DNA of 64,000 nt from a bacterium (GTDB lineage: Bacteria > Patescibacteriota > Dojkabacteria > JAKAPS01 > JAJZLI01). Below, in pieces: positions 1 through 12,520 of this stretch (position 1 is its first letter; every line of letters starts with the position of its first letter). The stretch lies in assembly GCA_021791275.1 (NCBI GenBank), contig JAJYWX010000001.1, positions 1,113 to 65,112 of the forward strand, given 5' to 3'. Made by a program: the position numbers and the translations under genes. The notes beneath the pieces were generated by a model, which saw nothing but the letters and a program-made list of their open reading frames with translations, had not been told where the DNA came from and did no database searches.

Positions 1-1050
1 AAGTCCTCCTAAAAGAAATCCTTTCGCTCTATTAATATCATCTTCATAAAACTTACCTTTTTTAAAATCATTCAAAAATCTTAACAAAGTCATTAAAGCC
101 TTTTCTATATTCTTCTCATCTATATTAGCTTTTATAGAGAAAAACCCATTATCTGAATACCTTATCAAATAAGAATATGCTGAATAAACTAGACCTAATT
201 CAAATCTTAAAAGTCTATTTATATATGAATATTCTCCAACCCCTATAATATAATTCATTACCATTAAAGGATAAAAATAATCATTATTAAATGGGAGTGA
301 TCTCATACTTAAAATAATATTTGACTCTTGTAAATTATTTTTATTTAATAAAAATATCCCCCCCTTATCATTCTTCAATTTAAATTCTTCCCTTTTATAA
401 TTAGAATTATTGTTTATTCCTCCAAAATACCTTTCTATCTCAGTATTGACATTATACTTTGATATATTACCTACAACAGAAATAGAAATCTTATCATTAG
501 AATAACACCTTGATATGAAACTTTTAAGTAGATTTCTATTAATATTCTCTAAATTATTTATATCATTATCAATATCACCTTCTAATGCTGTATCTTGATA
601 TATAAAACTTGAAAACTTCTCATCTAGATAGCGTGTATCCTTATAATGTTGCAATTCTTGTAGAATAACCCCTTTTTCTATGTTTATAAATTTTTCACTA
701 AAAGTAGAGTTTATAAACATATCTGATATTATATCTAAAGCACTGATAAAGTTCTCAAAAGGGACTTTAATGTAGTATATTGTGTATTCCATAGAGGTAA
801 TAGCATTAATATATCCTCCCATACTTTCAATATAGTAGCTAATTACCGAATTATCCTTTCTGCGTTTAGTCCCTGAAAACATGCTATGCTCAAGGAAATG
901 TGCAACACCAGATTCATTTTTTAATTCATCTCTATATCCAGCTCCAACAAAAATATTTATTGATATAAATTGAGAATTTTGAAGATTTGATGTAAAGACC
1001 TTAATTCCATTGTCTAATTTAAATGATTCAATTTTAAGATCTTCCGACAT
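1..1050 (-). CDS. M16-family zinc metallopeptidase (insulinase-like), N-terminal ~350 aa; gene runs off the left edge of the window
   Basis: Manual minus-strand translation from the ATG at 1050 gives MSEDLKIESFKLDNGIKVF...GAGYRDELKNESGVAHFLEHSMFSG, carrying the inverted zinc-binding HxxEH motif of M16 peptidases. No stop occurs before position 1, so it is absent from the ORF track. Its start overlaps the efp 3' end by ~17 nt. Confidence 0.6.
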   Translation of the reverse strand, partial: MSEDLKIESFKLDNGIKVFTSNLQNSQFISINIFVGAGYRDELKNESGVAHFLEHSMFSGTKRRKDNSVISYYIESMGGYINAITSMEYTIYYIKVPFENFISALDIISDMFINSTFSEKFINIEKGVILQELQHYKDTRYLDEKFSSFIYQDTALEGDIDNDINNLENINRNLLKSFISRCYSNDKISISVVGNISKYNVNTEIERYFGGINNNSNYKREEFKLKNDKGGIFLLNKNNLQESNIILSMRSLPFNNDYFYPLMVMNYIIGVGEYSYINRLLRFELGLVYSAYSYLIRYSDNGFFSIKANIDEKNIEKALMTLLRFLNDFKKGKFYEDDINRAKGFLLGGL

Positions 1051-1585
1051 ATTCATTAGTTTGTGTGTTTATTTTAACAGTATCTCCAATATTTATAAAC
1101 ATTGGTATCATAACTTCTAACCCTGTTTCCAATGTAGCTTTTTTTAAGGCATTATTTACAGTATTACCCTTTGTTGATCCTTCTGTATAATCTACTTTTA
1201 ATGAAACAATATTGGGTATTTCAACATCTATAGGTTTATCTTCAAGGTATGTAGTTATAACCTTATCTCCAGATTTTAGATATCTATTTTCCATAGCAAT
1301 ACTGAATTGAGTAAAACTATTAGAATCCATAAAATAACAATTATCTTGATCAGAATACAAGAACTGTGCTGAAGATTTTTTTACATCAACACTAGAAAAC
1401 TTATCATTAATATTATATCCCTTTTCTAATATCGCCCCACTAATTATATCTTTTACTTTTAGTTTTATTGTTGTTCCACCTCTTCCTTGAGTAACATGTT
1501 CATACTTTATAACTAAATACGTATCTTTTCCATCTTTATATACTACACCTGTTCTTAATTGTCCTGAGTTTAATGTTGCTGCCAT
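1034..1585 (-). CDS. efp: translation elongation factor P
   Basis: 183 aa ORF with the EF-P three-domain pattern. Loop sequence VTQGRGGTT aligns with the KPGKGQA loop of E. coli EF-P, with Arg at the tip. Confidence 0.85.
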   Translation of the reverse strand: MAATLNSGQLRTGVVYKDGKDTYLVIKYEHVTQGRGGTTIKLKVKDIISGAILEKGYNINDKFSSVDVKKSSAQFLYSDQDNCYFMDSNSFTQFSIAMENRYLKSGDKVITTYLEDKPIDVEIPNIVSLKVDYTEGSTKGNTVNNALKKATLETGLEVMIPMFINIGDTVKINTQTNEYVGRS

Positions 1586-1611
1586 ATTTTATTTTTATTA
1601 AATATAAAGAT

Positions 1612-1696
1612 TACCGAGAGAGGGAATCGAACCCTCACGAGATAAATCTCGCAGGATTTTGAGTCCTGTGCGTCTACCTATTCCGCCATCTCGGCC
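1612..1696 (-). tRNA. tRNA-Leu (anticodon CAA), long variable arm
   Basis: Reverse complement folds as a type II tRNA: acceptor GCCGAGA/TCTCGGT, D-loop GGTAGA, anticodon loop CUCAAAA, long variable arm GCGAGATTTATCTCGTG, T-loop GGTTCGATTCC. It aligns well with E. coli tRNA-Leu(CAA). Confidence 0.8.
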
Positions 1697-1711
1697 TATT
1701 TATAAAAAATA

Positions 1712-3778
1712 TCAACTTCGTTTACTTGATATTTCTGTAACAATATTTGAAGGTACTATTTCATACTTTTTAAATTCCATAGTTGAAACAGCTCTTCCAG
1801 AAGACATAGATCTCAATTCTGTTGTAAATCCAAACATATTAGCTAAAGGTACTTCTACTTCTATAACCCTAGCATTACCTCTAAGTTCACTTCCAGACAT
1901 AATACCTCTTTTACTAGTCAAACTACCTGTTATACTCCCCATAAATTCTTCAGGAGTAACAACTTCTACTTTCATTATTGGCTCTAGCAATATAGGTGAA
2001 GCTAATTTCATTGCGTCTTTAAAAGCCATAGATGCAGCTATTTTAAAAGCCATTTCTGATGAATCAACTTCATGAAAGGATCCATCATATACTGTTGCAG
2101 AAATATCTACAACAGGATATCCTGCTATAATACCAGCATTCATAGTCTCAATGATACCCTTTTCTATTGCAGGTATATATTCTTGTGGTATAGCACCCCC
2201 CTTAATCTCATTTTTAAACTCAAAGCCATCTCCCCTATTTCTAGGTTCAATTCTTAAAAAACAGTGCCCATACTGACCTCTCCCACCAGATTGTTTAATA
2301 TATTTACCCTCAGCGCTTGCACTTTTTTGTATTGATTCCCTATACGCAACTTGTGGCTCCCCCACGTTAGCTTCTACAGAGAATTCTCTCCTCATTCTAT
2401 CTACTATAATATCAAGATGTAATTCTCCCATACCAGAAATTATCGTCTGTCCAGTTTCCAAATCTGTTTTCATTTGAAATGTCGGATCCTCTTCTGCTAA
2501 TTTATGTATAGCTAAAGACATTTTTTCTTGGTCTGCCTTGGTCTTTGGTTCTATTGCTATTGATACTACTGGCTCTGGAAATGTTATATTTTCAAGAAAT
2601 ACTTTATTATCTAAATCACATAAAGTATCTCCAGTCATTGTATCTTTTAATCCTACTAATGCGCCTATCTCTCCAGCAGCTAACTCATCTATCTCTTCTC
2701 TTTGATTTGCATGCATTAAAAGTATCCTAGAAACACGCTCTTCTTTACCTTTATTAGAATTATATATAAATGATCCCTTTTTAATTTTCCCAGAATAAAT
2801 TCTAAAAAAAGTCAATTTACCAACATGTGGGTCAGACATTATTTTAAATGCTAAAGCACAAAAACTAGAATCTTCTGAAATTTTAATTTTAATATCTTCT
2901 CCCTTATCATTAGTAGCATCTATATATTCACTTGCATCAATTGGAGATGGCAAAAACCTTATAATAGCATCTAATAAGAGTTGGAACCCCTTATTTTTTA
3001 ATGCACTTCCACCAAATACAGGAAATAATTTTCCTTGAATCACACCAGCTCTTATTCCTTTAAATAATTCTTCCTCAGTAGGCTCTTCTCCAGAAAGATA
3101 TTTTTCCATTAAAATATCATCGTTTTCTGAAGCTTTTTCAACTAATTTTGCCCTGTACTCTTCAACTTTATCTTTCATGTCAGCAGGAACTTCTTCGACT
3201 TTTATATCTGTTCCTAAATCATTGGTATATATATATGCCTTTCTTGATATTAAATCTATCAATCCTTTAAAGTTACTTTCTGATCCAATAGGTAATTGCA
3301 TAACAACTATATCAGCTCCTAATCTATCTACTATAGAATTGAATGACATATAAAAATCTGCACCTATACCGTCTAACTTATTGATAAAACAAATTCTTGG
3401 TACATTATATTTATCAGCTTGTCGCCAAACCGTTTCAGATTGTGGCTCTACTCCCATTTTTCCATCAAATACAACTACACCACCATCTAAAACTCTTAAA
3501 GATCTTTCTACTTCTGCAGTAAAATCTACATGTCCTGGAGTATCAATAATATTAATCCTATATTTTTCCCCATCTAATGTCCAAAATGTTGTTGTAGCTG
3601 CAGATGTTATAGTTATTCCTCTTTCTCTCTCCTGAGCCATCCAGTCCATTACAGCTTCTCCTTCATGGACTTCTCCAATCTTATAAGTTTTACCTGTATA
3701 ATAAAGTATTCTTTCTGTACTTGTAGTTTTTCCGGCATCAATATGAGCTATTATGCCTATGTTCCTTATCTTATCCAT
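1712..3778 (-). CDS. fusA: translation elongation factor G
   Basis: 688 aa with G-domain motifs AHIDAGKTT and DTPGHVDF, and EF-G domains II-V. Confidence 0.95.
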   Translation of the reverse strand: MDKIRNIGIIAHIDAGKTTSTERILYYTGKTYKIGEVHEGEAVMDWMAQERERGITITSAATTTFWTLDGEKYRINIIDTPGHVDFTAEVERSLRVLDGGVVVFDGKMGVEPQSETVWRQADKYNVPRICFINKLDGIGADFYMSFNSIVDRLGADIVVMQLPIGSESNFKGLIDLISRKAYIYTNDLGTDIKVEEVPADMKDKVEEYRAKLVEKASENDDILMEKYLSGEEPTEEELFKGIRAGVIQGKLFPVFGGSALKNKGFQLLLDAIIRFLPSPIDASEYIDATNDKGEDIKIKISEDSSFCALAFKIMSDPHVGKLTFFRIYSGKIKKGSFIYNSNKGKEERVSRILLMHANQREEIDELAAGEIGALVGLKDTMTGDTLCDLDNKVFLENITFPEPVVSIAIEPKTKADQEKMSLAIHKLAEEDPTFQMKTDLETGQTIISGMGELHLDIIVDRMRREFSVEANVGEPQVAYRESIQKSASAEGKYIKQSGGRGQYGHCFLRIEPRNRGDGFEFKNEIKGGAIPQEYIPAIEKGIIETMNAGIIAGYPVVDISATVYDGSFHEVDSSEMAFKIAASMAFKDAMKLASPILLEPIMKVEVVTPEEFMGSITGSLTSKRGIMSGSELRGNARVIEVEVPLANMFGFTTELRSMSSGRAVSTMEFKKYEIVPSNIVTEISSKRS

Positions 3779-3783
3779 AATTT

Positions 3784-4248
3784 TTATGCTAAATGAGAAA
3801 ATGCTTTATTTGATTCTGCCATCTTTTCTATATCTGTTTTTTTCTTAATAGCAGCACCTGTATTATTAAATGCATCAACGAATTCTCTAGTCAAACGATC
3901 TTCCATTGGCATACCCTTCTTATCCCTAGCAGCTGTTATAATCCATCTAATAGCCAAAGTTACTTGTCTATCAGGAGAAACAGGTACTGGGACCTGATAA
4001 TTTGCCCCACCTAACCTTCTAGACTTAACTTCCACGCTAGGAGATACATTATCAATCACTTTATCAAAAATATTTAATGGATTCTCTTTTAATTCGTTTG
4101 ATGATTTTTCTAATGCATTATAAACAATCTCCCTAGCTAGAGATTTTTTACCATCCTTCATTAATCTATTTATAAATTTTTCAACATTAATAGAAGAATA
4201 TTTAATATCTTGTGAAATTTTTCTTTTAATTGCTTTTTTCCCTCTCAT
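3784..4248 (-). CDS. rpsG: 30S ribosomal protein S7
   Basis: 154 aa, S7-like sequence, in conserved position between rpsL and fusA. Confidence 0.93.
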   Translation of the reverse strand: MRGKKAIKRKISQDIKYSSINVEKFINRLMKDGKKSLAREIVYNALEKSSNELKENPLNIFDKVIDNVSPSVEVKSRRLGGANYQVPVPVSPDRQVTLAIRWIITAARDKKGMPMEDRLTREFVDAFNNTGAAIKKKTDIEKMAESNKAFSHLA

Positions 4249-4263
4249 ATATATCTAATTAAA

Positions 4264-4677
4264 TTATTTATTTCTTTTAGATCCATATCTAGACCTTGCT
4301 TTTTTTCTGCCTTCTACACCCCCAACATCATCATATACACCCCTGACTATGTGATATTTAGCTACAGGAACATCTGGAACTCTACCAGCTCTAACTAAAA
4401 CTACAGAATGCTCTTGTAATTTATGACCTTCCCCAGGGATATAAGCAGTTACTTCCATCCTGTTAGATAATCTTACCTTAGTAATCTTTCTTAAAGCAGA
4501 ATTAGGCTTTTTAGGTGTTGTAGTCCTAACTACAGTGCACACTCCCCTTTTAAAAGGAGAATTTACCTTAACATATTTATTTTTTAATGGGTTGTACTTC
4601 AATGTTAAAGCCCTGTATTTAACTTTTTTTACCTTTGATTTTCTAGGTTTTCTAACTAATTGTGAAATCCTTGACAT
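4264..4677 (-). CDS. rpsL: 30S ribosomal protein S12
   Basis: 137 aa. Conserved S12 core ...[10 protein letters not shown]...VRGV...; canonical str-operon position. Confidence 0.93.
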   Translation of the reverse strand: MSRISQLVRKPRKSKVKKVKYRALTLKYNPLKNKYVKVNSPFKRGVCTVVRTTTPKKPNSALRKITKVRLSNRMEVTAYIPGEGHKLQEHSVVLVRAGRVPDVPVAKYHIVRGVYDDVGGVEGRKKARSRYGSKRNK

Positions 4678-4681
4678 AAAA

Positions 4682-7600
4682 CTATTTAATACTATTAACT
4701 AATCTTGCTCCCTCACCTGTGGGAATTTTACGTCCAATAATAACATTTTCCTTCAAACCTCGCAAGTAATCTATTTTACCAGATATTGCTGCATCAGAAA
4801 GTACTCTAATTTGTTCTTGGAAAGATACAGCAGATAAAAAGCTTTCAGTATGTAATGCTGCCCCTGTTATTCCTGATAATTTTCTTTCAAATACAATCGG
4901 CCTACCATTAAGATCTTTTATTCTTTTATTCTCTTCATTTATAAAAAATATATCTTTATAGGATCCAGGTAATATATCACTATCTCCAGGATCTGTTACC
5001 CTAACATATCTTCCCATTTGAGCTACTAATATTTCTACATGTTTATCATATATACTAATTCCTTGACCTTCATAGGTATCTAGTAAGTTATCAATAATAT
5101 ACTTCTGAGCTTCATGTATACCTACAGCATGAAGTAAAACATTAGGATCAATATTTCCCTTAGTTAAAAGTGTCCCAGCTTTAACCTTTTCTCCTTCAGT
5201 TACTAAAAGTGCTTCATCTGGAGAAAAAGTATATTCTACCTCTAAAACTTTACTACTTTCAACTGAAATCATACCTTCAGATACTTTTGCAATACCTTTA
5301 AATGGTGATACTATTTGAACTCCATTTTTATTTGTATAAAGTAAGGTTCCTGGTAAAACTTTCTTATCTGATTTAAATGCTAATACATCACCTTTTACTA
5401 AGATATAATCTTGTTTAATATTCTTATCAGATACTATTTTAACCTTAACATAAGAAGGTGCACTTTCTATTTTAACAATACCATCAATATCAGATATTTT
5501 TGCAACACCTTTTGGAATACGAGCTTCTAAGAGTTCTTCAATTCTAGGGTAACCTCTAGACATATCTACACTTCCCATAATTCCAGACAAATGCTTTGAA
5601 TTCAATGTCAATTGAGAACCTTTTTGCCCTAATGATTGTGCAGCTATAACACCCACAGCTTTACCTATTTTAACAAGAGAATTTTCACTCATATCATAAC
5701 CGTAACACATAGCACAAATTCCATATTGAGCTCCACAAGTCAATGGTGTTCTTACAAAAGCACTCTTAACTTTTGGATTTTTTTCTAATTCAGATGCTAT
5801 TTTTCTATCGATTATTGTATTTTTTGGATACAATATATTTCCATCTGAATCTAAAATATCATCAGATAGAGCTCTACCATATACCCTCATTGAAAATTTC
5901 AACTTTCTGTCATCAGATTTACTTATCTCATAACCTCTGCCAAAATTATTACAATCATCTTCCCTTATTATTACATCATGAGATACATCTACCATCCTTC
6001 TTGTTAAATAACCTGAATCTGAAGTTCTAAGTGCTACATCAGCAAGTCCTTTTCTAGAAGATCTAGCTTCTACTAAATATTCAAATACAGTTAATCCATT
6101 AATATAACTTGATTTAATTGGCAACTCTACAATGTTTGAATTTGGATCAACAACTAATCCTTTCATTCCAATAATCTGTTTCAATTGATCAATATTAGCT
6201 CCCATGAATTTATTTTCAACAATAGTTCTTAATAAATTATCCTCTTTCAAATTTTTTAAAGATAAATCAGCTATCTTATCTGTAACACCTTTCCATATAT
6301 CCGTTGACAATTGAATTTTTTCTCTTTTTGTTATTAATCCTTCCTTGAAACTGCTTGCAATTTTGCTTATCTTTTCATCTGCATCAGATATAATACTTTC
6401 TTTCTCTGGAAAAGTATCACAATCTTCTATTGCTATAGAGAAATCTGATTTTAAGGCATATTTAAAGCCTAATTTCTTCAAATCATCTAACATAACCAAT
6501 GCCTCTTTTTTACCTATTATATCTACAGAATTAACAACAATATCAGTAATCAAAGAGTCATTAATTGGTTCATTAATAAAACTTTTAGTACTATTATGTA
6601 AAAAATTATTAAATATCACCCTACCAGGAGTTGTTTCTATAAATTCTCCATCAATTCTTACCTTAACAAGTTCTCTTAAAGAAACTACCCCCTTATTATG
6701 AGCTGACAATAAATCTTCCTTTGATCCAAAAATTAAATCTTTATTTTCCTTTTCAACTGAAGTTAAGTAATAACAACCATAAACCATATCTTGTTTTAAT
6801 GTTACAATAGGGCTTCCATCAGATGCCAAGAATAAATTACTGTCTGCCATAGTTAAATCTTTAACCTCTTGTATGGCTTCTTCTGACAAAGGTAAATGTA
6901 CAGTCATTGCATCTCCATCAAAATCTGCATTAAATCCAGGACAAACTAAAGGATGAAGTTTTATAGCATCTCCTTCAATTAAAATAGGATAAAACCCTTG
7001 AATTCCTTGTTTATGTAAAGTTGGAGCCCTATTTAGTAATACAGGTCTATCTTTAATAACATCTTCAAGTATATCCCAAACCTCTGGTTCCTCACTTTCA
7101 AAAAAGATTTTTGCACTCTTTATATTCGGAGATAATCCTCTATATAATATTTCCCTTATAACAAAAGGTTTAAAAAGCTCTAAAGCCATCTTCTTAGGTA
7201 AACCACATTGATTTAATAATAGTTCTGGCCCACTTGTAATAACAGCCCTACCAGAATAATCTACTCTCTTTCCTAGTAAATTTTCTCTAAATCTTCCGTG
7301 TTTTCCTCTTATATTGTCAGATAAAGATTTATATGGAATTCTTCTAGAGTTTACTACAGGTGGAGAGGCTCTATGCTGATTATCAAATAAAGCATCCACA
7401 CTCTCCTGTAACATTCTCTTTTCATTTCTTAATATTACTTCTGGAGCACCCAAATCAATTAACTTCTTTAACCTATTATTCCTATTTATTACCCTTCTAT
7501 ATAAGTCATTTAAGTCAGATGTAGCAAATTTTCCTCCTGATAATTGAATTATAGGTCTTAAATCTGGAGGTATAACAGGAATAACATCTAAAACCATCCA

Positions 7601-8557
7601 TTCTGGTTTCATATTATTTTTTCTTAAACCTTCTATAATCTTTAACCTTTGAATAGCTCTAACTCTTTTTTGTGCTGACTTAGCATTAATATCTTTATAT
7701 AAAGTATTCGATAATTCTTCCAAATTAAGTTTAGATAATAATGTTCTTATAGCCTCAGACCCCATTCCTAATTCATAAAATTCCAAATCATTATCTAATA
7801 AATCCCCATATTGCTCTTCTGAAATCACTTCCCCTATTGAGATATTCTTTACTAATTCTAATAATTCTTCGTTTTTATTTAATATATCTTCAAAAACACT
7901 AGCTTCTTCTTCTCTCAATCTTGCAATATTTTGCCTATATTTAAATGCTTCTTTTTCAACCTGTAAATCTATCGATTCATCATCCATTCCCTTTTTCTTA
8001 AGCTCTTTTTTCAATTTAGCAATTTCTTCCTCTTGACTTTTATTTATTTCTGCAACTTTATCATCAACACTTTTTGCATATTCAGCCTTATCATTATCAA
8101 TCTTATTTTTAACATAATTAATTGCATCATTCTTCTTATTTTCATCAACAGAAAGAACAATATATCTAGAGAAATATATTACAGAGACAATCTTTTTTTG
8201 AGGTATGTCTAGAAGCAATGCTAATTTATTAGGAACCTCATGGACAAACCATACATGTGTTATAGGTGATGCCAATTTAATGTGTCCTAATCTTTCCCTC
8301 CTAACATTCCTAGTTGTAACTTCAACACCACATTTATCACAAACAATACCTTTATACCTAATCTTTTTATATTTACCACAGTAACATTCATAATTTTTTG
8401 TTGGGCCAAAGATTCTTTCACACATTAACCCTCCAACCTCAGCTCTTTGAGTTCTATAATTAATTGTTTCTGCTTTTTTAACTTCTCCATGAGACCATTC
8501 CAATATCTGACTCGGAGAAGCTAATGTAATTTTTAATGCTTTAAAATCTTTTAACAT
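4682..8557 (-). CDS. rpoC: DNA-directed RNA polymerase beta' subunit
   Basis: 1291 aa. N-terminal zinc-finger CxxC..CxxC, catalytic NADFDGD motif, bridge-helix and trigger-loop regions. Confidence 0.97.
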   Translation of the reverse strand: MLKDFKALKITLASPSQILEWSHGEVKKAETINYRTQRAEVGGLMCERIFGPTKNYECYCGKYKKIRYKGIVCDKCGVEVTTRNVRRERLGHIKLASPITHVWFVHEVPNKLALLLDIPQKKIVSVIYFSRYIVLSVDENKKNDAINYVKNKIDNDKAEYAKSVDDKVAEINKSQEEEIAKLKKELKKKGMDDESIDLQVEKEAFKYRQNIARLREEEASVFEDILNKNEELLELVKNISIGEVISEEQYGDLLDNDLEFYELGMGSEAIRTLLSKLNLEELSNTLYKDINAKSAQKRVRAIQRLKIIEGLRKNNMKPEWMVLDVIPVIPPDLRPIIQLSGGKFATSDLNDLYRRVINRNNRLKKLIDLGAPEVILRNEKRMLQESVDALFDNQHRASPPVVNSRRIPYKSLSDNIRGKHGRFRENLLGKRVDYSGRAVITSGPELLLNQCGLPKKMALELFKPFVIREILYRGLSPNIKSAKIFFESEEPEVWDILEDVIKDRPVLLNRAPTLHKQGIQGFYPILIEGDAIKLHPLVCPGFNADFDGDAMTVHLPLSEEAIQEVKDLTMADSNLFLASDGSPIVTLKQDMVYGCYYLTSVEKENKDLIFGSKEDLLSAHNKGVVSLRELVKVRIDGEFIETTPGRVIFNNFLHNSTKSFINEPINDSLITDIVVNSVDIIGKKEALVMLDDLKKLGFKYALKSDFSIAIEDCDTFPEKESIISDADEKISKIASSFKEGLITKREKIQLSTDIWKGVTDKIADLSLKNLKEDNLLRTIVENKFMGANIDQLKQIIGMKGLVVDPNSNIVELPIKSSYINGLTVFEYLVEARSSRKGLADVALRTSDSGYLTRRMVDVSHDVIIREDDCNNFGRGYEISKSDDRKLKFSMRVYGRALSDDILDSDGNILYPKNTIIDRKIASELEKNPKVKSAFVRTPLTCGAQYGICAMCYGYDMSENSLVKIGKAVGVIAAQSLGQKGSQLTLNSKHLSGIMGSVDMSRGYPRIEELLEARIPKGVAKISDIDGIVKIESAPSYVKVKIVSDKNIKQDYILVKGDVLAFKSDKKVLPGTLLYTNKNGVQIVSPFKGIAKVSEGMISVESSKVLEVEYTFSPDEALLVTEGEKVKAGTLLTKGNIDPNVLLHAVGIHEAQKYIIDNLLDTYEGQGISIYDKHVEILVAQMGRYVRVTDPGDSDILPGSYKDIFFINEENKRIKDLNGRPIVFERKLSGITGAALHTESFLSAVSFQEQIRVLSDAAISGKIDYLRGLKENVIIGRKIPTGEGARLVNSIK

Positions 8558-8578
8558 CTTAATATATAAATAAATTAA

Positions 8579-11500
8579 TTAATTTTCTTCAACAATTTCC
8601 TCAACTGAAGCTGGATCTGCTTCAACTAATGTATCAACCATTACTGAATCTTCTTCATTGTTTTTAATTACCTCAACTACTTCTTCATTTAATGAAACAT
8701 CTTCAGGCATTTCACTATCTGAAAAACCACTATCTACAACAACATCTATTGGTTCTATATTTAGACATAGTGATTTTAACTCAGATAGAAGAACTTTAAA
8801 TGATTCAGGTATACCAACCATCTGTATTTTTTTGTTATGGATAATTGATTTATAGGCCTCAGATCTCCCTATAATGTCATCTGATTTAATTGATAACATT
8901 TCTTGTAGAGTATATGCAGCTCCATAAGCTTCTAAAGCCCATACTTCCATTTCACCAAAACGCATACCTCCCATATTAGATTTACCCCCAAGTGGTTGTT
9001 GATTCACAACTGTATAATTTCCAGTTGACCTTGCGTGTACTTTAGTATCTGCAAGGTGATCTAATACAAGTATATATCTTTTACCTACAGCAATTGTATT
9101 TTTAAATTTCTCACCATCTCTTCCATCCGACAAGATTAATTTATCCTTAATCTCTTTTATTTTAGCCTCTTTCATTAAATCTGAAACTTTATCTTGATTA
9201 ATTTGAGAAAATATAGGGAATGCAAACTTTGCATTAAGCTTCTCTGCTAATTTACTATAATGTATCTCATGTAATTGCCCGAAATTTAATCTTTTTGTTA
9301 TACTTGATGGAGAAATTATTATATCTAACGGAGTCCCATCTTCCATATAAGGCATATCTTCAACTGGAAGTACTTTTGATATAACACCTTTATCCCCAAA
9401 TCTTCCTGATAATTTATCTCCTAATCCAATTTTATGTGTTCTTGCAACCCAAACCTTAATTTGTTTTATCACTCCAGGAGAAAGTTTATTAGTTTCATCT
9501 TCTCTATCTAATATTTCTATATCTGTAACTACACCGGACTCTCCATTTGGAACCCTTAAAGATCCATCTCTTACATCTCTTGCACTATCTCCAAAGATTG
9601 ACCTTAGTAATTTTTCTTCAGCAGTAAGCTCTACCTCACCCTTAGGTGCAACTATACCAACTAATATACTTCCTGATTCTACATAAGCACCAACACGTAC
9701 TATTCCGTTCTCGTCCAAATCTTTCAACGAAGACAATGAGACATTAGGAATATCTCTAGTAGTCTCTTCTTTCCCTAGGCGAGTATCTTTAATATCATGT
9801 GTATAACACTTAACATGAACTGAAGTTAATATATCCTCTTTAACTAATCTTTCCGATATAACTATACCATCTTCATAATTATAACCTTCAAACATCATAT
9901 ATCCGACCAAAAGATTTTTCCCCAGGGCTAATTCACCCTTATCCATACTTGGACCATCTACCAATACATCATCCTTCTTGAATTTTTCACCTTTTTTAAC
10001 AATAACTTTCTGAGAAAAAGAAGTTAATTTATTAGTTGGGATAAATTTATCTGCAAAATAGGTCTTTTCTTCCCCATTATTATATTTAACAACAACCTTT
10101 TTTGAATCGGAATATATTACATGTCCATCATCTTCAGCAAAATATGCCCTTTTAGAATTCCTTGCAATCACACTTTCAACACCGGTTCCAATAATAGGAG
10201 ATTCTGGCCTAACAAGAGGAACTGCTTGCTTCTGCATATTTGAACCCATCAATGTTCTATCTGCCTTATTACCAGCAGCAAAAGGAATAAGATTAAGGGA
10301 AACTCCCCCTATCTGAGTAGTAGATATTTCCATATACTCTATAGACTCTATAGTACCTAAAGAATAATCTCCATTAGACCTTATTTCTAGAATTGAATCT
10401 AATATATTACCATAGGGATCTATTTTTGCACTCAAACTTCCTATAGATAGATTGAATTCTTTATCTGCATCAAAATATTCTATCTCCCCAGAAAGATAAG
10501 CTCTTACAGGAATGTCCTTTAGCTTGGATTCCTTTATTAGTTTTGATAATTGATCATCTATACTTGTCCCCGATTTATATACTTTACCATTTAATTTTAA
10601 ATCCTTACTCAAGATTCTGTTCTTCAATCTATTAGAATCAAAAGATACTGTTCTTAAAATTTTCTCATAGGGAGTTTCTATAAAACCATATTCGTTTATT
10701 TTTGCAAAAATACTCAGATGATTTACAATACCAATATGAGGGCCTTCTGGTGTCTCAACCGGACACAATCTTGAATATTGAGAATAGTGCATATCTCTAA
10801 CAGAGAATGTTGCACTTTCCTTAGTTAACCCTCCAGGACCACCTGCTGTAACTCTTCTCTTATTACTAATTTCACTGAGGATATTAGCCTGATCCATTGA
10901 CACTGAAACCGCACTACTTCCAAAAAAATCGTTTATTACAGAAACAAATGGTTTAGTACTAACCAACATTGATGGAGTTAAAACTTCATCCGCTGACATG
11001 ATACTCATTCTATCTTTTATTATTTTCTCAACTCTTCTAACACCGACTCTTACATAATCAGATAACAATTCGCCAACACTTTTAACTCTTCTATTACTTA
11101 AAGAGTCTACATCATCGGGAAGAACAGCACCATTATTTACCTCTATCAATCTTCTCACTATAGAAACTACATCTTCCTTCAACAAGATATAATTTTCTTC
11201 TTTTAAAGGAATATCTAATCCAAACTTTTTATTCAATTTATATCTTCCAGTTTTTCCCAAATATAACTTTCTTGGATTAAAAAATATACTATTTATGTAA
11301 GCTAAAGCATTTTCATAATTTACAGATATATCTGGTCTAATTTTTTTATAAATTTCTAAAACAGCTTCAGTATGATTATGAGTTGGATCTTTTACTAAAG
11401 TTGCATCAATATATCTTCTCTCTTGGTTTGTATCTACATCTGAGAATAAATTCAATATTTCAGAATTTGTAGAAAAGCCAAGAGCTCTAAGTAATGTAGT

Positions 11501-12070
11501 TATAAGTATTTTATTTTTTCTTGGAGCAAATTTCAAAGAAATAACATTATGTTTATTTAAATCAAATGTGATCCATGGACCTATTGTTGGAATTAGTTTT
11601 GCTGCATATAAACTCTGCTTATTGAATGACTGACCACTTTCAACAAAAAGAACTCCCTCAGACCTAACTATTTGGTGTATTACTACCCTTTCATGTCCAT
11701 TAATAATAAAACTCCCAGAATCTGTCATAACAGGAAGTTCTACAACAAATAGCTCCTGTTCTTTCACCTCTCCAGTAACTTTATTAGTTAACCTAACATT
11801 AAAATACAGAGGCCTATCATAACTCAATCCTTTCCTTATAGCTTCCTTTGCAGATCTATTAATATCACCAAATCTATAGTCTAAGAATTCCAACCTCCAC
11901 AATTTGTCTGTATTGTCATTGACTGGATTTATTTCATCAAAAAGACTTTTTATATTTTCATTAAGAAATGCGTTATATGAATCGGTCTGAGCTTCTATTA
12001 AATCTGGATAATCAAAATGTATTTTATTTTCAGTAAAATTAGTTGAAAGATTTATTCTATCATTGCGCAT
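8579..12070 (-). CDS. rpoB: DNA-directed RNA polymerase beta subunit
   Basis: 1163 aa, conserved beta-subunit blocks, directly upstream of rpoC. Confidence 0.97.
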   Translation of the reverse strand: MRNDRINLSTNFTENKIHFDYPDLIEAQTDSYNAFLNENIKSLFDEINPVNDNTDKLWRLEFLDYRFGDINRSAKEAIRKGLSYDRPLYFNVRLTNKVTGEVKEQELFVVELPVMTDSGSFIINGHERVVIHQIVRSEGVLFVESGQSFNKQSLYAAKLIPTIGPWITFDLNKHNVISLKFAPRKNKILITTLLRALGFSTNSEILNLFSDVDTNQERRYIDATLVKDPTHNHTEAVLEIYKKIRPDISVNYENALAYINSIFFNPRKLYLGKTGRYKLNKKFGLDIPLKEENYILLKEDVVSIVRRLIEVNNGAVLPDDVDSLSNRRVKSVGELLSDYVRVGVRRVEKIIKDRMSIMSADEVLTPSMLVSTKPFVSVINDFFGSSAVSVSMDQANILSEISNKRRVTAGGPGGLTKESATFSVRDMHYSQYSRLCPVETPEGPHIGIVNHLSIFAKINEYGFIETPYEKILRTVSFDSNRLKNRILSKDLKLNGKVYKSGTSIDDQLSKLIKESKLKDIPVRAYLSGEIEYFDADKEFNLSIGSLSAKIDPYGNILDSILEIRSNGDYSLGTIESIEYMEISTTQIGGVSLNLIPFAAGNKADRTLMGSNMQKQAVPLVRPESPIIGTGVESVIARNSKRAYFAEDDGHVIYSDSKKVVVKYNNGEEKTYFADKFIPTNKLTSFSQKVIVKKGEKFKKDDVLVDGPSMDKGELALGKNLLVGYMMFEGYNYEDGIVISERLVKEDILTSVHVKCYTHDIKDTRLGKEETTRDIPNVSLSSLKDLDENGIVRVGAYVESGSILVGIVAPKGEVELTAEEKLLRSIFGDSARDVRDGSLRVPNGESGVVTDIEILDREDETNKLSPGVIKQIKVWVARTHKIGLGDKLSGRFGDKGVISKVLPVEDMPYMEDGTPLDIIISPSSITKRLNFGQLHEIHYSKLAEKLNAKFAFPIFSQINQDKVSDLMKEAKIKEIKDKLILSDGRDGEKFKNTIAVGKRYILVLDHLADTKVHARSTGNYTVVNQQPLGGKSNMGGMRFGEMEVWALEAYGAAYTLQEMLSIKSDDIIGRSEAYKSIIHNKKIQMVGIPESFKVLLSELKSLCLNIEPIDVVVDSGFSDSEMPEDVSLNEEVVEVIKNNEEDSVMVDTLVEADPASVEEIVEEN

Positions 12071-12180
12071 AATAAATTTTTATAAACAAAAAAAATTAAC
12101 CCACCTAAGAGCCTTAAATTAACCTAAATAACGAAAAATACAAATTTATACATTAAAACAATAAAAAATACACGCTAATT

Positions 12181-12209
12181 ATTCTAGCATTTAGACACAA
12201 AATTGTCAA
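12181..12209 (-). promoter_or_regulatory. sigma-70-type promoter for rpoBC (TTGACA-17 nt-TAGAAT on minus strand)
   Basis: Plus strand shows attcta(12181-12186)...tgtcaa(12204-12209). Read on the minus strand this is TTGACA, a 17-nt spacer, then TAGAAT, about 105 nt upstream of the rpoB start. Confidence 0.45.
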
Positions 12210-12268
12210 ACACGAATTAATGTCAACAATCTAATTCATATACTAGCACATCACTATTAAGATTTCAA

Positions 12269-12514
12269 TTAGTTATTTACTGTTTTTTTACTACAAGATT
12301 TAGCCGTAAAATTACTATTGACACAAATATATTGGCTTCTGGAAATAGCCTCTTTAAGAGTTGGAATATATAGTGACGTATCAAAATTTTGCAATAAATT
12401 TTGAGGAACATTTAAAAGAGACGAATTACTAGTATATGAGGAATAGATCGAGAAAACAATCCATATTACTATTACTATAAAAGTTAGAAGCACAATATTA
12501 AAAATTTTTTTCAT
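12269..12514 (-). CDS. small membrane protein (single N-terminal TM); possible pilus-assembly accessory (PilP-like?)
   Basis: 81 aa, hydrophobic N-terminal helix, sits directly after the PilO-like gene. No recognisable motif. Confidence 0.3.
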   Translation of the reverse strand: MKKIFNIVLLTFIVIVIWIVFSIYSSYTSNSSLLNVPQNLLQNFDTSLYIPTLKEAISRSQYICVNSNFTAKSCSKKTVNN

Positions 12515-12520
12515 AATTTT

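Noticed and set aside
1659-2075. 138-aa plus-strand ORF overlapping the tRNA-Leu and the fusA 3' end; also other antisense ORFs in the track (2072-2257, 2545-2730, 3381-3635, 5773-6030, 6345-6701, 8658-8855, 12526-12738, 16032-16382, 16726-16995, 21184-21372, 23271-23474, 24630-24830, 26786-27091, 32855-33106, 33137-33346, 38756-39013, 42596-42796, 43157-43357, 43515-43718, 43750-44055, 47373-47576, 47631-47975, 51820-52083, 52344-52559, 53265-53477, 62963-63235)
   Set aside because: All lie antisense within well-supported conserved genes, have low-complexity or AT-codon-biased translations and no recognisable motifs. They are expected frame-shadow ORFs in an AT-rich genome.
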